Shown piece by piece: positions 11,015 through 20,319 of a stretch of DNA of 64,000 nt. Each line of letters begins with the position of its first letter. Positions within the stretch are counted from its first letter, which is position 1. Origin of the DNA: Treponemataceae bacterium. Its GTDB lineage: Bacteria > Spirochaetota > Spirochaetia > Treponematales > Rectinemataceae. The stretch lies in NCBI GenBank assembly GCA_963678065.2, contig CAXXVZ010000003.1, positions 320,001-384,000 of the forward strand. The letters run 5' to 3'. The translations under genes were made by a program, and so were the position numbers. The notes beneath the pieces were generated by a model, which saw only the letters and a list, made by a program, of their open reading frames with translations, was not told the origin of the DNA and did no database searches.

Positions 11015-11799
11015 TGTCTGCCCGAACTCTTCGCGTGGAGGATGGTGTCGTATGCCGCCGACGACGGATAGCCATCAAACATTGTGTTCCAGTTTCCTTT
11101 TCGGGTGGGCTTCGCGAGACACCCGGCGAGGAGCTCGAGGTAGCGCCACCTCGGTATTTCCTCGGCGCCAAGGCCTGCAAGGTGGGCAGTATACACTTGA
11201 GAGTCGATGAGGGGAAAGCCCTCATCGCGCAGGCGGAATACCAGGGGAACGAACGCGGCCTTGGAGGCGTCGCTCTCGACGCTGAACATCGATTCTCCGA
11301 AAAAGATCGAGCCGAGACTCAGGCCGTAAAGGCCCCCGACGAGTTCGCCGTCGATCCATGTCTCCGCGGAATGGGCATAGCCGAGTCTGTGGAGCTCCTC
11401 GTAGGCATCGATCATGCCGGAGGTGATCCAGGTTCCGTTCTGCCCCGGACGGGGGCTCGCCGAGCAGGCGCGGATCACTTGAGGAAACGCCCTGTCGAGG
11501 CTCGTGCTGAACTTTCCTCCACGGAGGAGCTTTCTCATGGTTCCGGAGACGTGCAACTTTTCTGTGAAGAGCACGAACCGGGGATCGGGGCTCCACCACA
11601 GGATCGGATCCCCCTCGGAAAACCAGGGAAATATCCCGCTACGGTAGGCCGAGAGAAGCATGCCGGGCGACAGGTTCCCTCCCGTGCACACGATGCCCGC
11701 CGGATCAGCCCCCTCGGCCGGAGGAAATGGAAAATCCACCTCCTCCGGGAGCCAGGGGAAACTGTCTTTCCTCCGCGCCGTTCTGCGCGCCATGGTCAT
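11011..11799 (-). CDS. aat: Leucyl/phenylalanyl-tRNA--protein transferase
   Basis: GGNLS..MLLSAYRSGIFPWF, WWSPDPR, AHSAETW...LVGGLYG, FFGESMF...DASK, IDSQ..T.HL motifs. Confidence 0.95.
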   Translation of the reverse strand: MTMARRTARRKDSFPWLPEEVDFPFPPAEGADPAGIVCTGGNLSPGMLLSAYRSGIFPWFSEGDPILWWSPDPRFVLFTEKLHVSGTMRKLLRGGKFSTSLDRAFPQVIRACSASPRPGQNGTWITSGMIDAYEELHRLGYAHSAETWIDGELVGGLYGLSLGSIFFGESMFSVESDASKAAFVPLVFRLRDEGFPLIDSQVYTAHLAGLGAEEIPRWRYLELLAGCLAKPTRKGNWNTMFDGYPSSAAYDTILHAKSSGRQ

Positions 11800-14249
11800 T
11801 CTTTCCGGGATTCTGACGTACTCTGTTCGGCCTGTTCCGGCTCTGTTTCCGGCGCGGACGAAACGGCCGTATCCACGAAGCCGGAAGGGCTGAAGTCTTT
11901 GTCGGGTTCTCCCGAGGGTTTTTCTCCGGAGGAGAGCTTCCCGGAGGGGAGGGAGGAGTCGGTGGGCTGGGAGCAGGTCCCGATCGAGATGACCACCTCT
12001 CCGTTCACGATATCCGCGCAGGCGGCTCCACCGGCTTCCAGCCTGCCGAAGAGGACCTCGTCCACGAAGAAGGTCTTGATCTTGTCTTCGACGAGTCGTC
12101 CGACGTTGCGGGCACCGAACTCCTTGGAGTATCCTTTTTCGGCGAGCCAGGCGACAAGGGCCGGTGTGACCTCGAGGCTGACCTTCTTCTCGGTCAGCTG
12201 TACCCGGAAGTCGTCGATTGCCTTGACGACAATTTTTTCGATGATGTTCTGCGGCAGATTTTCGAACTTGACGACGGCGTCCAGGCGGTTGCGGAATTCG
12301 GGCGTGAAAGCGCGCTCCACGGCATCTCCGAGCGCCGAATCGGTCACCGTGCGCTCGCCGAAGCCGATGAGGTTCTTGCCGATCTCGCGGGCGCCCGCGT
12401 TGCTCGTCATGATGAGGATTACGTTGCGGAAATCCGCCTTCCTGCCCTGGTTGTCGGTCAGCGTCGCGTAGTCCATGATCTGCAGGAGGATGTTGTAGAC
12501 GTCCGGGTGGGCCTTCTCGATCTCGTCGAGGAGGACGACGGCGTGGGGTGTCTTGCGGATGGCGTCCGTGAGGAGTCCGCCCTCCTCGTAGCCGACATAG
12601 CCGGGAGGCGAGCCTATGAGGCGACTCACGGTGTGCTTTTCCTGGTACTCGCTCATGTCGAAGCGGTGGAGGGCGATCCCGAGTTGCTTCGCGAGCTGGC
12701 GGGCAAGTTCGGTCTTGCCGACGCCGGTGGGGCCGACGAAGAGGAAGTTGGCCACGGGCTTGTCGGGCGAGCGGAATCCCGCCCTCGATCGCTTGACCGC
12801 CCTGACTACGGCGTCGATGGCCTTGTCCTGGCCGAAGACTTCGCCTCTGAGGGAGGCTTCCAAGCCGGCAAGTTTGTCCTTCTCGGAGGAGGTCACGGAG
12901 CGTTCGGGAATGCGGGCGATTTTTGCCACGACGGTCTCGATCTCCTTCGTGCTGATATCGATGACGGCCTCCTCGGCCTCTGCTCCTGACTTGTAGGCGT
13001 TCATGCGGGCACGGGCGCCTGCCTCGTCCACGACATCGATGGCCTTGTCGGGTAGGTGGCGCTCCGTGATGAACTGGGATGCGAGACGGACGGCGAGCTC
13101 GAGCGCCTCGTCCGAGTAGCGTACCTTGTGGTATTCCTCGTACTTGGACCGGAGACCCTTGAGTATCTCGACTGCCTCGCTCTGGCTCGGCTCGACGATG
13201 TCGATCTTCTGGAAACGTCGGGAAAGGGCGCGGTCCTTCTCGAAGTATTTGTTGTACTCGTCGTAGGTGGTGGAGCCGATGCAGCGGAGTTTGCCCGAGG
13301 TGAGGGCGGGCTTGAGGAGGTTCGAGGCGTCCATCGAACCTCCGGAAACGGCGCCGGCGCCAACGATCGTGTGAATTTCGTCGATGAAGAGGATGGACTT
13401 GTCCTTCTTGAGGAGCTCGTCCACGACTTTTTTGATTCGCTCCTCGAAGTCGCCGCGGAACTTGGTTCCTGCGAGGAGAGCGCCCATATCGAGCCCGTAG
13501 ATGGTGTAGTCGCGCAGGCGGGGAGGTACGGTGCCCGCGACGATGCGCTGGGCGAGCCCTTCAGTGATGGCTGTCTTCCCGACGCCGGCATCGCCGACGT
13601 GGATGGGATTGTTCTTGAGCCTGCGACAGAGAACCTGAACGGTGCGCTCGATCTCGCTGTCCCGGCCGATGACGGGCTCGAGCTTGCCCTCGCGGGCCAG
13701 CTTGGTGAGATCCGTGGTAAAGCGCTCGAGGGGATTACCTCGCGGAGCGGCGCGCGGCCTGCGCTCCTCTCGTTCCTCGCCCTCTTCTTCGTCTTCCTCG
13801 TCCTCTTCGTCCTCGCCGGACTCCACGACATCCTCTCCGTGGGCGATGATCTCGAGGAGCTGGAGGCGTTTGACGCCGAGCTTGCGGAGATAGTAACCGG
13901 AGTAGGTCCTCTCCTCGTCGTAGATCGAAACGAGGAGGTCCGAAACCTCGACTTCGTCCTTTCCCGCGGACTGGGACTGGAGGACAGCGCGCTCGATCAC
14001 GCCCTGGAATCCGGCCGTCTGCACGGGCTCCGCGTTCTTGATCTGGGGTATTTTCTGCTCGAAATATGCCTCGATGCCGCGGCGCAGCTGGTCGATGTCA
14101 GCCTCGCAGGCTTCGAGAATGCTGCGCACCTGCTCGAAGGAGATGGATGCGTAGAGTATGTGCTCGGGGGTGAGGTATTCGTGATTGCGAAGCTTGGCTT
14201 CGTTGTACGCGGCATTGAATATCGCCTGAACTTCCTGGCTGACTTTCAT
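11796..14249 (-). CDS. clpA: ATP-dependent Clp protease ATP-binding subunit ClpA
   Basis: Clp N domain and two AAA+ modules (GDAGVGKT; GPTGVGKT), RFDMSEYQEKHTVSRLIG, IGF loop; directly downstream of clpS. Confidence 0.95.
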   Translation of the reverse strand: MKVSQEVQAIFNAAYNEAKLRNHEYLTPEHILYASISFEQVRSILEACEADIDQLRRGIEAYFEQKIPQIKNAEPVQTAGFQGVIERAVLQSQSAGKDEVEVSDLLVSIYDEERTYSGYYLRKLGVKRLQLLEIIAHGEDVVESGEDEEDEEDEEEGEEREERRPRAAPRGNPLERFTTDLTKLAREGKLEPVIGRDSEIERTVQVLCRRLKNNPIHVGDAGVGKTAITEGLAQRIVAGTVPPRLRDYTIYGLDMGALLAGTKFRGDFEERIKKVVDELLKKDKSILFIDEIHTIVGAGAVSGGSMDASNLLKPALTSGKLRCIGSTTYDEYNKYFEKDRALSRRFQKIDIVEPSQSEAVEILKGLRSKYEEYHKVRYSDEALELAVRLASQFITERHLPDKAIDVVDEAGARARMNAYKSGAEAEEAVIDISTKEIETVVAKIARIPERSVTSSEKDKLAGLEASLRGEVFGQDKAIDAVVRAVKRSRAGFRSPDKPVANFLFVGPTGVGKTELARQLAKQLGIALHRFDMSEYQEKHTVSRLIGSPPGYVGYEEGGLLTDAIRKTPHAVVLLDEIEKAHPDVYNILLQIMDYATLTDNQGRKADFRNVILIMTSNAGAREIGKNLIGFGERTVTDSALGDAVERAFTPEFRNRLDAVVKFENLPQNIIEKIVVKAIDDFRVQLTEKKVSLEVTPALVAWLAEKGYSKEFGARNVGRLVEDKIKTFFVDEVLFGRLEAGGAACADIVNGEVVISIGTCSQPTDSSLPSGKLSSGEKPSGEPDKDFSPSGFVDTAVSSAPETEPEQAEQSTSESRKE

Positions 14250-14252
14250 GTT

Positions 14253-14564
14253 TTAAGCCTTCTCCATGGTGCACTTCAGCGGAAAACCGTTCTGCCGCGC
14301 GAGCTGGTGCACTTGGTTTATTTTCGTCACGGCAATGTCGTACCCGTAGATTCCGACCGTCGCTCTTCCTTTCTTGTGTACGTCGAGCATGAGTCGCGTC
14401 GCTTCGGGTATGCTCTTGTGAAAGACCGTCATGAGGACCGAGACGACGAACTCCATGGTGGTAAAATCGTCGTTGAGGAGAAGAACCCGGTACTCTTCGG
14501 GTTCTTTGGCCTCCTCACGATGCTTTTCTATCGTCGCGGTGCCGGAATTTACATCAGTTTCCAT
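14253..14564 (-). CDS. clpS: ClpAP adaptor ClpS
   Basis: YRVLLLNDDFTTMEFVVSVL...MLDVHKKG...FPLKC. Confidence 0.95.
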   Translation of the reverse strand: METDVNSGTATIEKHREEAKEPEEYRVLLLNDDFTTMEFVVSVLMTVFHKSIPEATRLMLDVHKKGRATVGIYGYDIAVTKINQVHQLARQNGFPLKCTMEKA

Positions 14565-14707
14565 CGTTGTGCTTATAACATACCCATGCGCGATATGTAA
14601 AACAAGTACGGCTGGATCCGCGCCGGAAGGACAGGCAGATGTGTGTCGGGGAATTCCCTATCACGACCCGCCGGCCCCGAGTGGGCCAAAGAGGCTTTGA
14701 GCCGCGC

Positions 14708-14736
14708 TTGACAGAAGTTTTTACTGTACTGATAAT
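14708..14736 (+). promoter_or_regulatory. sigma70 promoter of the thrS leader
   Basis: TTGACA (14708-14713)-N17-GATAAT (14731-14736), about 10 nt upstream of the T-box 5' end. Confidence 0.8.
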
Positions 14737-14745
14737 GTCTATACA

Positions 14746-15148
14746 GGCTGAGAAGGAGACGAGTACTCCGAGGCGCCGCCTACAGAGAGGGACCCCATTG
14801 TCCGCAGATGCAGGAATCTGTCCTGCCCGCTGCTGGCGCTGGCTGAGAGGGTCCCGGCGAGCGGACGGACGAAGACCACTCCGGAGCCGTCCGGGTGAAA
14901 CCCTGCGTGTAGTGGAGCTTCCTTTATCGATGGGGAGCTTCGTTGCATCGGAGTATGTGATCGGGCTGTCGCAGCGGATCACATACCGTGGCAGTAAACC
15001 GGACCGTAACGCGAGCGAGGCCGCAGGCTAAAGTTCGCGGGCCCCCGTCACAGGGCGAAGAGCGCGGTTTCCATCGCGGAAACCGAAGTAAGGTGGTACC
15101 GCGGGTTTGACTCGGGGCCCGTCGGGCCCCCGTCGGATTCGTCCTTAC
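14746..15148 (+). ncRNA. T-box riboswitch (Thr, specifier ACC)
   Basis: Stem I with GA motif and AGUA, AG bulge CAGAGAG (14783-14789), distal-loop GCUGAGA (14842-14848) and specifier GAAG-ACC-A (ACC 14875-14877 = Thr). Stem II GUCCGG/CCGGAC with GAA/AGUA S-turn; stem III 15065-15085. T-box AAGGUGGUACCGCG (15090-15103), with the antiterminator closed by CGUCCUUAC (15140-15148). Lies upstream of thrS. Confidence 0.9.
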
Positions 15149-15250
15149 GTGAAGGGTGTCCTTCCGTCCGGATGTTTCCTGCGGGGGCCCCTCTCATTTT
15201 TCCGGCGCACGCGACCTTTCACGAGGGGAAGCGGGCCGCAAGGAGTACCC

Positions 15251-16993
15251 ATGTCGCTTTCCAACTCTCTCGATCTCGTCAGACATTCTGGCGCGCACAT
15301 CATGGCCGAGGCTGTGCTCAAGCTCTATCCCGGCACCAAATTCGGGATAGGCCCCGCTATCGACAACGGCTTCTACTACGATTTCCAGCTGCCGGCCCCC
15401 ATCCAGACCGAGGATCTCGCCGCGATCGAAAAGGAGATGCGCAGGATCATCGCCGGAAACCACGCATTCGTCCGCAGCGAGGTATCCAAAGAGGAGGCCA
15501 GGAAACTTTTCGCGGACCAGCCATTCAAGCTCGAACTGATCGAGGGTCTCGAGGATGGAACCATCTCCGTCTACGAGCAGGATGGTTTTCGCGACCTCTG
15601 CCGCGGCCCCCACGTCGCCACAACCCGCGACATTAAGCCTGATTCCTTCAAGCTGGTCTCCATCGCCGGAGCCTACTGGCGCGGCGACGAAAAGCGGCCC
15701 ATGCTCACCAGAATTTACGCCTACGCCTTCGCATCGAAGGCCGAGCTCGAGGCCTACATAAAGATGCTCGAGGAGGCCGAACGCCGCGACAACCGTCGTC
15801 TGGGCAAGGAGCTCGACCTCTTCTCCACCCACGAGGAGGCCGGCCCAGGTCTCATCTACTGGCACCCCCGCGGCGGGCGCTTCCGCGTCGAGCTGGAGAA
15901 TTGGTGGCGCGAGGAGCACTACAAGAACGGCTACGAGATCCTCTTCACCCCCCACATCGGCAAGAGCTGGCTCTGGGAGACCTCGGGCCACCTCGGCTTC
16001 TACAAGGGCAACATGTACTCGCCGATGAAGATCGACGAGGACGACTACTACGCGAAGCCGATGAACTGCCCCTTCCACATCATGATCTACAAGAGTTCTA
16101 CCCGCTCCTACCGCGAGCTGCCCCTGCGCTGGGCGGAGCTCGGCACCGTGTACCGCTACGAGCGCGCCGGCGCCCTCCACGGACTCATGCGCGTCCGGGG
16201 CTTCACCCAGGACGACGCCCACATCTTCTGCACCCCCGAGCAGATCGAGGACGAGATCGCCGAGGTCCTGCGCTTCAGCCTCTCCATGTGGAAGACCTTG
16301 GGATTCAAGGAGATCAAGGCCTACCTCGCCACCAAGCCCGAGGGAGCCGGCGCTGTCGGAGATCCTGAGCGTTGGGACCAGGCCCTCGAGTCGCTGCGCA
16401 AGGCCATCGAAAAAGAGGGGCTCGAGTACGAGAGGGACGAGGGCGGTGGGGCATTCTACGGCCCGAAGATCGACCTCAAGGTGAGGGACGCAATAGGCCG
16501 CGAGTGGCAGATGACCACCATACAGTTCGACTTTAACATGTCAGAACGCTTCGAGATGGAGTACATCGACGCAGACGGACAGCGCAAGCGGCCCTACATG
16601 GTCCACCGCGCCCTCCTCGGGTCGATCGAACGCTTCTTCGGCGTCTTCATCGAGAACTGCGCCGGAGCCTTCCCGGTCTGGCTCTGTCCCGACCAGGTGG
16701 CCGTAATCCCCGTCGCGCCCACCTTCTCTGACTACGCGAAGGAAGTTGCCGCGAAGCTCAAGCTTGTCGGAGTGCGGGCCATGGCCATGCTCTCCGACGA
16801 GAGGATGAACGCCAAGATCCGGGACGCACAGAATCTCAAGATTCCCTATATGCTCGTCGTCGGGCAAAAAGAAGCCGAGGGCGGCCTCGTGTCTGTGCGC
16901 ACCAGGGACGGAAAGCAGGAGAACGGCCTCGCCTACGCCGATTTCCAGGCCCGAATTCTGGAAAAGATCGCCTCAAAGGCCCTCGACCTCTGA
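15251..16993 (+). CDS. thrS: Threonine--tRNA ligase (lacks the N-terminal TGS domain)
   Basis: RHSGAHIMA and DLCRGPHV editing motifs, KPMNCPFH, RVRGFTQDDAH, HRALLGSIERF. True start is ATG 15251 after AAGGAG. Confidence 0.96.
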   Translation: MSLSNSLDLVRHSGAHIMAEAVLKLYPGTKFGIGPAIDNGFYYDFQLPAPIQTEDLAAIEKEMRRIIAGNHAFVRSEVSKEEARKLFADQPFKLELIEGLEDGTISVYEQDGFRDLCRGPHVATTRDIKPDSFKLVSIAGAYWRGDEKRPMLTRIYAYAFASKAELEAYIKMLEEAERRDNRRLGKELDLFSTHEEAGPGLIYWHPRGGRFRVELENWWREEHYKNGYEILFTPHIGKSWLWETSGHLGFYKGNMYSPMKIDEDDYYAKPMNCPFHIMIYKSSTRSYRELPLRWAELGTVYRYERAGALHGLMRVRGFTQDDAHIFCTPEQIEDEIAEVLRFSLSMWKTLGFKEIKAYLATKPEGAGAVGDPERWDQALESLRKAIEKEGLEYERDEGGGAFYGPKIDLKVRDAIGREWQMTTIQFDFNMSERFEMEYIDADGQRKRPYMVHRALLGSIERFFGVFIENCAGAFPVWLCPDQVAVIPVAPTFSDYAKEVAAKLKLVGVRAMAMLSDERMNAKIRDAQNLKIPYMLVVGQKEAEGGLVSVRTRDGKQENGLAYADFQARILEKIASKALDL

Positions 16994-17031
16994 GACCGAG
17001 AGAGGTCGGAACACAGGAGAGCGGGAGAGCC

Positions 17032-17745
17032 ATGACGGACAAGGACAATCTGCCATTGACGAAGGGGCTTTCTCGGCTCGCGGCGGCCCTCTCTCTCACG
17101 GGCGGGGGCTGCGTCGTCCTCTACGCCGTTCGCGTTTCCTTTTCGGGGAAAACTTCGTATTCCTTCCTGCTCTGGAATCTCTTCCTCGCCTACGTTCCCT
17201 TTCTCGTCGCCGTCGGGGGGGCCTGGCTTCTCGAGTCTCTCCCCCGACGCGCCAGACCGGCCTTCCTTGTCCTTCCTGTCTCTCTGGTCTGGCTTCTCTT
17301 CTATCCGAACGCCCCGTATATTTTCACCGACTTCATCCATGTCATGAACAAAACCTACATAAATACCCAGTCGGCCGAAATGCTCGGAAAAAATGGTTTC
17401 CTGTGGTACGACCTCATCATGACGGCGGCCTTCGCTTTCGTGGGGCATTTCGTGGGCCTCATATCGGTGTGGCTCGTGCAAAGAGAACTTGAGCGTTTCT
17501 GGGGAACATGGCCGGCCCGGCTCTGTACGGTCGCCGCCATCGGACTCTCCGGCTTCGGCATCTATCTGGGCCGTTTCTCCCGCCTCAACTCCTGGGATCT
17601 GCTCGTCTCGCCGCGCAAGGTCGCGGGAGCCATGCGCGTGATCGCCGGAGATCCCCATGCGATAGTTTTTTCTCTCGCCTTTTCCCTCGTGATCCTGCTG
17701 TCCTATTTCGCCCTTGTCGTCTTCAAGAAGACCGGTCAGTCCTGA
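17032..17745 (+). CDS. DUF1361 family membrane protein
   Basis: FLLWNLFLAYVP, WLLFYPNAPYIFTDFIH and GIYLGRFSRLNSWD motifs. Confidence 0.85.
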   Translation: MTDKDNLPLTKGLSRLAAALSLTGGGCVVLYAVRVSFSGKTSYSFLLWNLFLAYVPFLVAVGGAWLLESLPRRARPAFLVLPVSLVWLLFYPNAPYIFTDFIHVMNKTYINTQSAEMLGKNGFLWYDLIMTAAFAFVGHFVGLISVWLVQRELERFWGTWPARLCTVAAIGLSGFGIYLGRFSRLNSWDLLVSPRKVAGAMRVIAGDPHAIVFSLAFSLVILLSYFALVVFKKTGQS

Positions 17746-18752
17746 TTTTTGCCGCAGGGCGCGGCTGTCGATTCCCGTACTACGAGGGAGTGGGAAAAAA
17801 CGAGGGGTTCCGTGCCGATTCCCTCTCCGGATATGAGAAGGGACATGACCTCGGCCGTCCTGGCGCCCATGTCGAGGATGGGCTGGCGGACCGTCGTGAG
17901 GCCTGGCGTCATGTAACCCGTGATATCGATGTCGTCGAAGCCGATGATGCTGACATCGCCGGGCACTGAGAGGCCGGCTTCGTAGAGGGCTCGGATGGCC
18001 CCGATGGCGATCTCGTCCGTGACAGCGAACACTGCCGTGCATTCCCTGCCCGCCTGGAGGAGTCTCTCCATGCCGAGTTTTCCGGCCTCTGGGCTGTAGG
18101 ATGGGACACTCACCTTATCCTTTTCGTGAAAGGCGATGCCGTGAGCCTCGAGAGTCCTGCGGTAGCCCGTTGTCCTCTGGTCGCTGAAACTGAAATGGGC
18201 CCCCGCGATGATCCCGATCCTGCGGTGTCCAAGTCCGACGAGATGGTTGACAGCCTCGGCGGCTCCCGACTCCTCGTCGACGTGGACCGCCGGAAAATCG
18301 TAGTCCACGCGGTCGAAAGTCGAGAGCACCACCGGCATCGGAGACTCGGCGAGGTACTCGTAGAAGGCGGGGTATCTGACTTCGTGGATCATGATGATGC
18401 CGTCGAGCTTCTCGGATTTGATCCGCTTGAGGCAGGCCTGTTCGCTCTCGTTGTCCCACTTCACGAAAAAAAAGAGCGTGTGGTAGCCGTAGATTTCCAG
18501 ATGCCGCTCGATGATCGAGAAGAGTTGACGCTGGAACATGTTGAAGGTGTCGGGGATGACGATGCCCACCGTGAATGTGCGTCTCAGCACCATAGATCGC
18601 GCGGCGTGGCTGGGGACATAGCCCTTTTCCTTCACGACGGCCATGACCCTCTCCCGGATTTCCTTCTTGACATATTCCCGGTTGTTGATGACCCGCGATA
18701 CAGTTGCAGGCGAAACTTCCGCGAGACGGGCGATGTCCTTGATGCTGAGCAT
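17736..18752 (-). CDS. LacI family transcriptional regulator
   Basis: MLSIKDIARLAEVSPATVSRVIN HTH, hinge YVPSHAARSM, C-terminal sugar-binding domain (VPGDVSIIGFDD, LVVRES). Start set at ATG 18752. Confidence 0.92.
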   Translation of the reverse strand: MLSIKDIARLAEVSPATVSRVINNREYVKKEIRERVMAVVKEKGYVPSHAARSMVLRRTFTVGIVIPDTFNMFQRQLFSIIERHLEIYGYHTLFFFVKWDNESEQACLKRIKSEKLDGIIMIHEVRYPAFYEYLAESPMPVVLSTFDRVDYDFPAVHVDEESGAAEAVNHLVGLGHRRIGIIAGAHFSFSDQRTTGYRRTLEAHGIAFHEKDKVSVPSYSPEAGKLGMERLLQAGRECTAVFAVTDEIAIGAIRALYEAGLSVPGDVSIIGFDDIDITGYMTPGLTTVRQPILDMGARTAEVMSLLISGEGIGTEPLVFSHSLVVRESTAAPCGKNQD

Positions 18753-18758
18753 TTTTGG

Positions 18759-18787
18759 AGTATACGCGAGGCTCTCGGCTCCGACAA
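18759..18787 (-). promoter_or_regulatory. Promoter of the LacI gene (leaderless)
   Basis: Minus strand TTGTCG-N17-TATACT-N6-ATG; no Shine-Dalgarno. Confidence 0.6.
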
Positions 18788-19218
18788 GCGAAGCATTCCG
18801 GTCGAGAGACAAAAATCGACATTCGTGAAATATTGTTTGCAGAATTTGAATAAATGAAATATAATTGTCATAAAGAATGACGGCGAATTTGCGACTCTAA
18901 ATGCGGGCGGTGTTCAAACGGCTTCACGAAACCCTGGGGAATACTATAATTTATGTAACGCACGACCGACTCGAGGCCATGACCATGATCTCTTCGACGG
19001 AGACGACGCGAGGCTGGAATTACAGTGAAATGAACGATATCCCGGAGCAGGGCTCCGGGGTATCGTTCGTTCTGTAAGGAATGGATTGTATGCGGGTCCA
19101 TACCCGATAGTCACTTCACAAGAAAGAGCGAATCAAGCGGAGGTATGGACCCGCATGTGAATCAAGCGGAGAAGGTCGCTTCGGCCTTCTCCTCGTTACC
19201 TCGATTAAGGCGGTATAC

Positions 19219-20100
19219 ATGACAGCACCGGACGACCTGCGGGTTTTTAAACGACTCCTCGAGGAAAAGAACGAGGGATTTTCCAAGAGCCAGAAGAAAA
19301 TTGCCGCCTACCTTCTCTCCGACCACGACCACGCCGCTTTCATGAACGCGGCCGAGCTCGCGGCCCGGCTGGAGGTGAGCGAGGCGACAATCGTCCGTTT
19401 CGCCGTCGCCCTCGGTTTCGAAGGCTTCCCCCAGCTGCGAAAGTTCCTGCAGAACATACTTCGCGACAAGGTCTCGCCCGCAATCCGCATGCAGAACAAG
19501 CTCGAGGATCTCCGCCATGGCGAAGGGCACATCCTGTCTCAGGTAGTCGAGATGGAGACGAAATCCATCTCGGAGATAGGGCACACCGTCCATGTCAGGG
19601 AATTCGACACGGCAGTCTCCGCCATCCTGCGCGCGCAGCGGCTCTTCGTATTCGGCATAGGTCCCTCGCGCATCCTCGCGGAACTCATCCAGCTCCGCCT
19701 GAACCGTTTCGGAATCCAGACAGAGGGACTCATGGAGTCGGGCAGGGATCTCCTCGACAAGCTCCTCCTCCTCCGACCCGGCGATGTCGTCTTCGCCTCG
19801 GCCTTCACTCGGATGACGGGCGAGCTGATAGCCGTTCTCAAACATGCGAGGCGCGTCGGCTGCGCCAAGATTCTCATCACCGACATCACGGATACGGACC
19901 TTTTCTCATACGTCGACACGGTCATGAGCGTGAAGCGCGGTCCAATCCATTCCTTCCATTCCATGACGGCGCCTATGACCGTCATCAATGCACTCATCCT
20001 GGCGGTTGCGATGGCCAAACCCGAAGAGAGCCTGCGCTCTCTCGCCGAACTTGAGGAATTCCGCAAGGAATACGATCTCGATCCGATCGGGGTTCTCTGA
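19219..20100 (+). CDS. MurR/RpiR family transcriptional regulator (HTH + SIS)
   Basis: FSKSQKKIAAYLL...ELAARLEVSEATIVRFAVALGFEGFPQL HTH; SIS domain FVFGIGPS...ILITD. Confidence 0.92.
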   Translation: MTAPDDLRVFKRLLEEKNEGFSKSQKKIAAYLLSDHDHAAFMNAAELAARLEVSEATIVRFAVALGFEGFPQLRKFLQNILRDKVSPAIRMQNKLEDLRHGEGHILSQVVEMETKSISEIGHTVHVREFDTAVSAILRAQRLFVFGIGPSRILAELIQLRLNRFGIQTEGLMESGRDLLDKLLLLRPGDVVFASAFTRMTGELIAVLKHARRVGCAKILITDITDTDLFSYVDTVMSVKRGPIHSFHSMTAPMTVINALILAVAMAKPEESLRSLAELEEFRKEYDLDPIGVL

Positions 20101-20228
20101 TGGGAGCTTCAGTCGCGCGAACGCGCCGACGCGATTAACCTGGCGCTCATGCAGCCAGAATGAGATTCTGCGAGGGCACGTTTCCCTGCGTCCAATCGGC
20201 ATCTGATACTACACAAAAGTTTAGAATC

Positions 20229-20292
20229 TGAAAACGTTTTTATAAAACGAAATGAAATGATTCTTGCATGAACAAAATTAGTGAAGTACAAT
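20229..20292 (+). promoter_or_regulatory. Promoter of ABC operon 1 with an upstream LacI-type site
   Basis: TTGCAT (20264-20269)-N17-TACAAT (20287-20292). TGAAAACGTTTTTA (20229-20242) resembles the operator at 33521 and 48187. Confidence 0.6.
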
Positions 20293-20319
20293 TTTGCAAT
20301 ACTCAAAGGGAGGTATTCC

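Noticed and set aside
15107..15250. 48-aa N-terminal extension of ThrRS in the ORF track
   Set aside because: It lies within the T-box antiterminator and expression platform; the real start is ATG 15251 after AAGGAG.
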